From IMG/VR virus record IMGVR_UViG_3300019458_000032, positions 1-64,000 of that record: DNA of 64,000 bases. One strand, 5' to 3'. Below the pieces are notes generated by a model. It was not told the origin of the DNA and made no database searches. It worked only from the letters and a program-made list of their open reading frames with translations. This DNA is from a virus. Below, piece after piece: positions 57,020 to 64,000 of this stretch. The translations under genes and the position numbers were made by a program. Position 1 is the first letter of the stretch, and every line of letters starts with the position of its first letter.

Positions 57020-59484
57020 GAATTTACGCTCCAGTCATCTACATTAATCCAACCCGCAGTTCCGTCGCAGTCAACGTAAAATTGAAATACAGCATCGTCT
57101 GTTATAGCAACCGTTGTTCCAGTTAATAACTCAAATGCTCCATTACCAGCCGCCGTTGAAGTCGCAATTACAGTGTCTGAAGTTATCCCAACTGCTGGAT
57201 CTGCTTTTAAAATCAATCTTGGTTGATTACCATTATAAGCAGTGCCATCACCAGCAACAGATTTACGAACATAAACATTTATAACAACAGTTTGTCCATT
57301 AGGTACTGCAACCTTTTTAAGGCTTCCTTGTAATTTATTTGTGGCTTGGGCGTTATTGGGAGTCATTCTAACGGATGGAGAACCCTTATTGAAAATAGTT
57401 GTATCAGGTATAATAACTCCGTATTTTTTTGTTGTTATATGACTCCCAGCAGTTTGTTGGTTTCTAGCTGATGCAATATATGCATTTTCTGTCATATTAC
57501 CAGCATTAGATAATTTTGTAGTAGAACTTCTTAAACAATTTCTCAATGTAACTCTTGGCCAAATTAATACACCTGAAACGTTAACATCTCCGGTAGAATG
57601 TGTTGTTGTTGCGCCAAACGTTGAATTATCTACATAAATCTCATAACAATCACCCGCTATATTTAATCCAATTGGGCAGGTTAAAGTTACTCCAGAATTT
57701 ATTGTCATGTTTTTTAAATAAATGTTTGCACAATCGGTTCCACCAAAACTAACATTTGCTGTCGCATTACCAAATGATGTTACAGTATCAACTATAAAAG
57801 AAAATGCATTCGATAAATTTAAACCATTTGTGGTATTTCTCCAAGTAGTCACATTACTAATTGTACCCATTGGGTTATTCGTGACGCCCAAAAGATTTAC
57901 TAAAGAAACACCAATAGTTGTATTCGAATGTGAAATAAATCCACTTAATGTTCCAAATATTTCAGTTGCGGTCCCAACTGAATCTTGTAATGTTATACCA
58001 GCTCCTGTGGCACTTACAGCAGTTAAATTTGTAATTGTTCCAGTTAAATCAGCGATATTAAAACAAGTCGCTCCGGTTAATATTGCTATATTATTATTTA
58101 TTGTATACGAACTATTAGTTGTTGCCGATTGAATTAATGCACTACTTGCTGTATTGTAAAATACATTATTAGTTATTGTATGATTGTTAGCGGTACCAGA
58201 ATTAATATTTAATCCAATTGAACTGGCAACATTAAAATCGTGTATGGAGCAATTTGTTATTGTTGCACTACCTGTATTTATACCTAAATCTATACCACGT
58301 TTAGATGCTGTTGCAGAACCCATATTATAAAATTCCATTGAATCGAAATTTATAATTGCTGTTCCTAGTATATTAACATATGTTTGATTTGTCGTGCTTG
58401 CACTAAATATTTTAACATTTCTAGTTAAATTTATTAATTCGCCAGCAGTTGGACTAGTTCCAGAATGTGCATTTGTTATAGCGGTGATTGTTAAAGTTGT
58501 ACCAGACGCATTTGCTGTAAGTGCTTTACTTTCAGACTCAGCTTTTGTCCTAGTGGTTGAAGCTAAGGCGATAAGATCTCCATTTAACCACCCCGTACTA
58601 ACATTTGTAGTTAATGATGTGGCAGCAGCGGCAGCATCGGCGGCTAAAAATGCACTATTCGTTATAAGTGCTCCACCACCAGTGCAAGTAGAACCTAATC
58701 TAGATTCAAATCCAAATTGAACGTTTGAACCACAAACAAATTCTAACGATGCTGAACTAGTTGCTGGAACTCTTGTTCCCGCTGGATTTCCCTGTTGATA
58801 TATTGAATTTGTGTATACGGTTAAATTTCCACCTAATTTTAAATAATATGCAGTACTTGCTGTTGTCCCCCAGTCCAATGTTCCTCTACCACATATTTGT
58901 ATATTACCAAACGTGGTTGCTCCGGCATCGGCATTATCCATAGTTACTGTAAAACTATTTCCGGTTGTTGCTCCAGTTCTTTCCCCAGCTACCACTAAAT
59001 TATCTCCAGATGCAGGGGCTTTAGTTGTGGTTGTTCTGAGTAATCTAGACCAATTAGAAGCAGTTGCATCTCTATAAAGAGTAACTTGAGCATTCGTTGA
59101 CGTCTGAACTTGAACTGTATAATTTGTTGCAACTATTAATGATACAGGAGCGGAAAATTTCATAAAAATCCACCCAGTATTTGTCGATCCATTAACTGCG
59201 ATTATATCAGTAACGTTAATTGTTACAGTTGTTCCAATAACTGCTGCGGTTCCATCGTGAAGTCTAACGGAAAAAGTTCCAGTTGGAGCACCACTTCTAG
59301 CACTAACTTTAACGGCTATACCATCAATTATAATTGCTCCAGGGGTAAATGCCGAACTACTAACAAATGCTGTGGTTGTATTAGTTGTATTTGTCTCAGA
59401 ATCTAATAATGACGTTGCATCTACTAAACTCCAAGTTGCCGCAGTTGTAAAATTTCCTGAACTATTATTTAATAAAGTCGCCAT
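57016..59484 (-). CDS. beta-helix (pectin-lyase-like) spike / receptor-binding protein
   Basis: Extensive N/T/G/I-rich parallel beta-helix repeats; C-terminal beta-sandwich ending VDDW. Confidence 0.7.
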   Translation of the reverse strand: MATLLNNSSGNFTTAATWSLVDATSLLDSETNTTNTTTAFVSSSAFTPGAIIIDGIAVKVSARSGAPTGTFSVRLHDGTAAVIGTTVTINVTDIIAVNGSTNTGWIFMKFSAPVSLIVATNYTVQVQTSTNAQVTLYRDATASNWSRLLRTTTTKAPASGDNLVVAGERTGATTGNSFTVTMDNADAGATTFGNIQICGRGTLDWGTTASTAYYLKLGGNLTVYTNSIYQQGNPAGTRVPATSSASLEFVCGSNVQFGFESRLGSTCTGGGALITNSAFLAADAAAAATSLTTNVSTGWLNGDLIALASTTRTKAESESKALTANASGTTLTITAITNAHSGTSPTAGELINLTRNVKIFSASTTNQTYVNILGTAIINFDSMEFYNMGSATASKRGIDLGINTGSATITNCSIHDFNVASSIGLNINSGTANNHTITNNVFYNTASSALIQSATTNSSYTINNNIAILTGATCFNIADLTGTITNLTAVSATGAGITLQDSVGTATEIFGTLSGFISHSNTTIGVSLVNLLGVTNNPMGTISNVTTWRNTTNGLNLSNAFSFIVDTVTSFGNATANVSFGGTDCANIYLKNMTINSGVTLTCPIGLNIAGDCYEIYVDNSTFGATTTHSTGDVNVSGVLIWPRVTLRNCLRSSTTKLSNAGNMTENAYIASARNQQTAGSHITTKKYGVIIPDTTIFNKGSPSVRMTPNNAQATNKLQGSLKKVAVPNGQTVVINVYVRKSVAGDGTAYNGNQPRLILKADPAVGITSDTVIATSTAAGNGAFELLTGTTVAITDDAVFQFYVDCDGTAGWINVDDWSVNS

Positions 59485-59486
59485 AA

Positions 59487-59732
59487 TTATTCTTCACCTT
59501 GTTCTTCTTGTTGATCTTCAATTGCGGGTTCTTGTTCAAGTTCAATAAGAATTCTTGAAATTTCTTTTTTAGCTTCTTGATATAAAAATTCTTGATCAAT
59601 TTCATCTGGAGATAATTTAAAAGTTTTTTCAATTCTATAAGTGGGTTTTCCACCTTCTAAATCTTCTAAAATTAGAGTATAATTAGTTTCACCAAATTGA
59701 TAATGTTTATTAATATATCTAGATGTATACAT
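59487..59732 (-). CDS. small acidic protein (possible fibre chaperone)
   Basis: Start moved to ATG 59732 after AAGGA. Confidence 0.5.
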   Translation of the reverse strand: MYTSRYINKHYQFGETNYTLILEDLEGGKPTYRIEKTFKLSPDEIDQEFLYQEAKKEISRILIELEQEPAIEDQQEEQGEE

Positions 59733-59733
59733 T

Positions 59734-61626
59734 TTAATTAAATCCTTTAGCAACAGCGACAACGTCCCATTTGGAATCTGTACTATTATATATACAACCC
59801 ATATAATCAACTTTATTTGCGCCCGTAGAAAGAACTAATGCTTCTATATCTAATCCAAATCTAAAAATTGCGTTAAATGCTAAAGTTCTTCCACCTGTTC
59901 CATCTTGTCTAAATCTATATGTTATCTTTTGTCCATTTGTAGGATTTGTTGGAGCACCCAATGTTCTATTAGTCGTTAACGTTACAGTAAATGTATTGCC
60001 CAATGATGCATCTGTTGCAATAGTTGCGGCATCAGTTAATGCTACAGTATTTAATGTGAATCCAGTATTTGTTCCTGATTCTTCACCATGGGTTGCGAGA
60101 GGTCTAACTTCAATAATACCTGTTGTTGCATCTGATTTTAAAACAATACCAATTCTTTGCCATATACTATTAGGAGATGTTGGTTTTGTTGTCGTCAACG
60201 CTCCAGCGGTTGTTGCTGATAAATAAACTCTAGAACCAACAACAAATGCAGATGTGTCAAAATTCGATAGATTACCAATTGATAATACTCTTCCGTATGC
60301 ACCATTAGCAATTGTTTCCATTGCTAAACCAAGTGCTGGAACAGTATTTGATGAATCAGCTTTCGCTAATGCAATTGTCAAAGTATTAGATGTTGGGGAA
60401 TCTGAACCATTTGCATAAACAGCTTGACCTTTAGTGATTGTGGAGCCTGTTGTATTCCTCGCAATAAAAATAGTATCTCTCAGAATAGTATTAACTGTTC
60501 CTGTTTCATCTAGAAAATGAAGTCTAGAAAATCCTTGAGATACATCTAAATAAATATTAGCTTTCGTTGCTGCTGGCGTTGATGGTGTAGAAGTTTGTGT
60601 AAGTTGTAAAAATGTAGTTAAGTTTAAAGCATTAAATGTTGGACTAGAAGACGTTGCAATGTCTTGTGGAGTTGCAAATGTTACCGTACCTACACCGTGA
60701 GTAACAGTAATTTGATTAGCCGTACCCAATAAAGACTTGTATTCACCCGCTGTTGCACCGGCATTAACACCTAATACTTGATTGGCTGTCCCTAATGATG
60801 CAGGCAATTCTGCGTCAATTTTTGCTTTATCTGTTGAACTCATGAATCCATGAGCTAATGATGTTGCTAAAGCGTGTAATGTTGGACTTGTTTGAGCACC
60901 ATGATTATGAACGTGATCAGAAAGAGCAAAACTTGCAGCGGCCCCTTGAACGTTTGCCGTTCCAATTTGAACTGGAACTCCGCTTGGGATATTATGAACG
61001 TGGTCAGACCTAGCGAAACTTGTTGCAACTCCTTCTGCGTTTGATTGATCTGGAGTTTGGGTTACAACGATAGCTGTTGATAATGCATCAGCACCACCTG
61101 GGTTATGACGAGATGCGTGAGCTTGAACTGTAATACCGTTAAATGTTGCTCCAGTTACTGCACCAACCGCATTGATGTCACCACCAGCATTGATATTTTT
61201 TTCTACACCTAAACCACCTTCGGTTACAATTGCTCCAGTATCTTTATCTGTAGATTGTGTAGTTCCTGAAGAAATTAAATTTACTAAAGTTACAGTGGAA
61301 GCTGCAAAATTTCCCGATCCATCTCTTTTTACAATTGTACTTGGAGTATTTACCGCTGTTGCAGCTTGAGTATCATTTACAGATGTTGCAATTTCAAGAG
61401 CAGTTTTTCCACCCACTGAGTTAACTGTAGCTGGAACTGATCCTGGACCGCTGGCAGAAACATCTCCAGTTAAATCGGTTATGGCATCAGGTGTCCCAAT
61501 AGGAACTTCATTACCATCGGAATCTTGAACATATACTACATCATCAGTTTTAGCATAAAGTAAAATAGCTCCAATTGGTGGTGGAGGAGGTGTTGAACTT
61601 ACTTCATCTAATCTTATCTTTGCCAT
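59734..61626 (-). CDS. tail fibre protein
   Basis: LTGDV, TIVKRD.SGNF, H..RH.PGG.D, ARSDHVH repeats, N.TG.TI.KG.AVY, C-terminal QDGTGGRTL domain. Confidence 0.8.
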   Translation of the reverse strand: MAKIRLDEVSSTPPPPPIGAILLYAKTDDVVYVQDSDGNEVPIGTPDAITDLTGDVSASGPGSVPATVNSVGGKTALEIATSVNDTQAATAVNTPSTIVKRDGSGNFAASTVTLVNLISSGTTQSTDKDTGAIVTEGGLGVEKNINAGGDINAVGAVTGATFNGITVQAHASRHNPGGADALSTAIVVTQTPDQSNAEGVATSFARSDHVHNIPSGVPVQIGTANVQGAAASFALSDHVHNHGAQTSPTLHALATSLAHGFMSSTDKAKIDAELPASLGTANQVLGVNAGATAGEYKSLLGTANQITVTHGVGTVTFATPQDIATSSSPTFNALNLTTFLQLTQTSTPSTPAATKANIYLDVSQGFSRLHFLDETGTVNTILRDTIFIARNTTGSTITKGQAVYANGSDSPTSNTLTIALAKADSSNTVPALGLAMETIANGAYGRVLSIGNLSNFDTSAFVVGSRVYLSATTAGALTTTKPTSPNSIWQRIGIVLKSDATTGIIEVRPLATHGEESGTNTGFTLNTVALTDAATIATDASLGNTFTVTLTTNRTLGAPTNPTNGQKITYRFRQDGTGGRTLAFNAIFRFGLDIEALVLSTGANKVDYMGCIYNSTDSKWDVVAVAKGFN

Positions 61627-61635
61627 TTTATTTCC

Positions 61636-61947
61636 TTAAATTAATACCAATTCTGAATCGCCCAATAAAATAATATCACCCGTTACTAAATCTATATCTG
61701 TTCCAATAATTGTGTGCTTATCGGGAATAATAACATCATTTAAAATTTCTCTATTAAACACAAAAGCTTGTGCTCTTATATCCCCAGAATCGCCTAATAT
61801 AGCTAAACTATTTTGTATCAGTTTTCCAGTTGTTCCATCAAATCTAGTAATTGCATTATCTGTAGAACTAGCTGGACCAAAAACATCTCCACCTTGATTA
61901 TTCACCAAATCTAGATTGCCGGTTATTGGATTAAATTTAAAAGGCAT
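61636..61947 (-). CDS. small structural protein
   Basis: FKFNPITG.LD and GPASSTDNAI.RFDGTTGKLIQNS fibre motif. Confidence 0.65.
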   Translation of the reverse strand: MPFKFNPITGNLDLVNNQGGDVFGPASSTDNAITRFDGTTGKLIQNSLAILGDSGDIRAQAFVFNREILNDVIIPDKHTIIGTDIDLVTGDIILLGDSELVLI

Positions 61948-61948
61948 T

Positions 61949-62440
61949 TTATACTACCGCCACATTTAAAATTAAACTTTTCGTTGAATCTGTATAATTA
62001 ACCGTCGCTGTCTGTTGAACTGTTCCAGCAATTCCACCAACTCTAGATGCATAAACTTCTTGGGTTGCGGATGGATATGTTGCTGTTATTGCATCAAATG
62101 GTATTGTGAATAATTGAACCGTTTTTACATTTATACTACCATCTGTATTTATTTCAAGTTCATCACCATCACTGTCGTGTATTGCTAAATTATCTCCATC
62201 GGCAGCATCTACAGATATAGCTAATGAATTAATAACACTAACATCTAAAGCTGTTTTAGGACCAACGGTTGTGGATGTTAAAAAATTTGTTCCATCTCCC
62301 AGTCTAACACTATCAGTTGTATGACTTAAATCAACCGTTATCGACCCAATAGTTACTTCCGCATCCACGCGAATTCTATTGGTGGGTTCGTCATAGATAT
62401 TTTGTATGACTTGTTGAAAGTCTAGTTTAGTGCCAGCCAT
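61949..62440 (-). CDS. structural protein (hypothetical)
   Basis: Beta-rich; L.IN.DGSINV motif. Confidence 0.6.
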   Translation of the reverse strand: MAGTKLDFQQVIQNIYDEPTNRIRVDAEVTIGSITVDLSHTTDSVRLGDGTNFLTSTTVGPKTALDVSVINSLAISVDAADGDNLAIHDSDGDELEINTDGSINVKTVQLFTIPFDAITATYPSATQEVYASRVGGIAGTVQQTATVNYTDSTKSLILNVAVV

Positions 62441-62445
62441 TTAAC

Positions 62446-63690
62446 TTACCATGTAGCAGTTGCTACGCGTACCCATGTATCAGTTGCTATACAAACATAA
62501 ATAAATCCGCTATCCCATGCAATTTGTCCAGTAACTCCTGTTGCAGATGCGCTAGCTGGAGTATGAGTTACAGGGGATACTAAGAATCCGGCTCTAGTTA
62601 TATAAAAACCATCAGCTCTTGTACTAGAATCTCCACCAATACCAACCGTAAATAAATGATCAGTTGAAGCTGGTGCGCCAGGTGTTCCAACAACTGTATT
62701 GAATTGCCCAACGGCTAATTGATCATTAGCGGTTGCTATTGTTCCTTCACCCAATGCGGTTGAATTTGTCCCATCGGCAACTGCTTCTAATCCTTGTGCT
62801 AAGGAACTTCCACCATTTGCTTGAGTACTACTACCAAATGTTACAGATCTAAGACCTGATGCAACTGTTAAATTACCAGATGCAAATGAAGAACCCCCAG
62901 ATGCTATATTATCTAAACCTAAATGAAATGAATTAAGACCAGAAGCAAGACCTGTTACGCCTACGCTTGTTGATCTACCAAATGCAGCAGAGTTGATTCC
63001 GGTAGCACTAACTGCTCTACCTGCGGCAAACGACCTATCATTGGATGCGACGGTTTCTGCTCCCAAAGCTGTTGATGCAAATCCTGACGCTAGAGTTAAA
63101 TTCCCTAAAGCGGTTGACTGGTCTCCAGTTGCTTGATTACCCGCTCCAGCGGCAAATGATTCATCTCCAGAAGCTGTATTGCTAGAACCAACATTCAAAG
63201 CATTAATGGAATCGTCAAATGTAAAATTAGAACTTCCAGCGAATGCACCGGAATTATTAAATTGGACTTGATTGCTTGATCCGGCGGCTCCAGTTATAAA
63301 TGTTCCCCATGATGTATTTGTTCCATTTGTTGTTAATGCTTTGCCTGATTGGGATGTTTGTGTTGGTAAAAAAGCATTTAATGCGGCATTAGCGGTTATT
63401 TGTCCAGTTCCACCATTCGAAATTCCTAAAGTTCCAGTGAATGAAATATTAGGAGTGGCTCCACCAGAACTAGCTAAAGGACTAGATGCAGTAACGTTGG
63501 TTACTGTTCCTCCACCGCCTGGAGTTTCCCATGAACTTGTTGAACCATTGGTTGAAAGAAATTTTCCAGCTTGTCCAGTTTGATCTGGCAAGGAACCATT
63601 TTCAATTGCATCAACTACATCATCTCTAGCTTCGGGAGATCCTAGAGAACTTAATAGTAAATCTTTTGTTTCTTGTGATAATGTTGACAT
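62446..63690 (-). CDS. fibre protein with YadA/Hia-like head repeats
   Basis: LP.QT.Q.GK.L.TNG repeats, GGTG motif, about 11 repeats of 14 aa (N.ASG..S.A.G), C-terminal G..GQIAWD..FIYVC.ATDTW. Confidence 0.78.
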   Translation of the reverse strand: MSTLSQETKDLLLSSLGSPEARDDVVDAIENGSLPDQTGQAGKFLSTNGSTSSWETPGGGGTVTNVTASSPLASSGGATPNISFTGTLGISNGGTGQITANAALNAFLPTQTSQSGKALTTNGTNTSWGTFITGAAGSSNQVQFNNSGAFAGSSNFTFDDSINALNVGSSNTASGDESFAAGAGNQATGDQSTALGNLTLASGFASTALGAETVASNDRSFAAGRAVSATGINSAAFGRSTSVGVTGLASGLNSFHLGLDNIASGGSSFASGNLTVASGLRSVTFGSSTQANGGSSLAQGLEAVADGTNSTALGEGTIATANDQLAVGQFNTVVGTPGAPASTDHLFTVGIGGDSSTRADGFYITRAGFLVSPVTHTPASASATGVTGQIAWDSGFIYVCIATDTWVRVATATW

Positions 63691-63693
63691 ATT

Positions 63694-64000
63694 TTATCCT
63701 TGTGGGGGTAATTGTTGACTTGCCGTTACAGGTAAATCGGAAAAAGGTGGAGGAGGTTGAGGTAAACCTGGTTGACCTATATTTTGAATTCCTGGACCAG
63801 AAATTTGTTCACCGGCTTGAGCTTGTCCTTGAACCGGAGACATTTGTTCTGGAATATTATTATCTGCCGATTGTTTATTTGGCATAGGTTGTCCATTATT
63901 TGCCGGAGGCATTGGGGCTCCAGGAAATGGAGGTAATTGTTGTTCACCAATCATTTGTAAAATACCAGGGTCAGTTGTTCTCAAGAAGTCAATATGAGCT
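63694..64000 (-). CDS. C-terminus of a gene truncated by the window edge, probably the portal
   Basis: Pro/Gln-rich tail, frame open to the window end; position at the head of the morphogenesis module (inference). Confidence 0.5.
   Translation of the reverse strand, partial: AHIDFLRTTDPGILQMIGEQQLPPFPGAPMPPANNGQPMPNKQSADNNIPEQMSPVQGQAQAGEQISGPGIQNIGQPGLPQPPPPFSDLPVTASQQLPPQG

Noticed and set aside
47715-63690. Diversity-generating retroelement or invertible fibre cassette
   Set aside because: No reverse transcriptase or invertase, and no adenine-variant TR/VR pair seen; the one shared repeat is short and not adenine-specific.
36700-63887. Many + strand ORFs opposite the structural genes (e.g. 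50110-50568, 57722-58132, 63272-63583)
   Set aside because: Antisense shadows of long - strand genes with biased codon usage; no RBS or motifs.
1-64000. Alternative genetic code (TGA or TAG recoding)
   Set aside because: Long genes are intact under code 11 and TGA ends many coupled genes through ATGA overlaps; only one internal TGA was found.

Overview
AT-rich (roughly 30% GC by eye), densely coded fragment of a lytic-looking dsDNA tailed phage genome with two convergent arms. The + arm (1 to ~33.3 kb) carries small early/accessory genes and RNA-repair and nucleotide enzymes (two metallophosphoesterases, a nucleotidyltransferase, a polynucleotide kinase-like P-loop protein, an Rnl1-like RNA ligase, dUTPase, a DUF5664-like dATP/dGTP diphosphohydrolase). 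It also has a recombination/replication module (PD-(D/E)XK nuclease, ERF, primase-helicase, family-B DNA polymerase), a glycosylation/methylation cassette translationally coupled to the polymerase, two exported proteases and a candidate lysis region. The - arm (33.2-64 kb) is a podovirus-like morphogenesis module: probable portal C-terminus (truncated), several fibre/adhesin proteins, a C92-like amidase, an SLT-like muramidase, scaffold, major capsid, adaptor, a very large nozzle and four probable ejection proteins. No integrase, canonical tRNA, rRNA or CRISPR array was found. The most notable unexplained structures are: (i) a ~570 nt intergenic array of four self-closed RNA domains at 4420-4986, two of them anticodon-less tRNA-shaped with a shared RGUAGYGA loop; (ii) the polB-coupled glyco cassette; (iii) a conserved TAACAACT putative late-promoter motif; (iv) two single-lesion broken genes (a HicA-like toxin and a cupin). 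All product calls come from motif recognition by eye, not from database searches.
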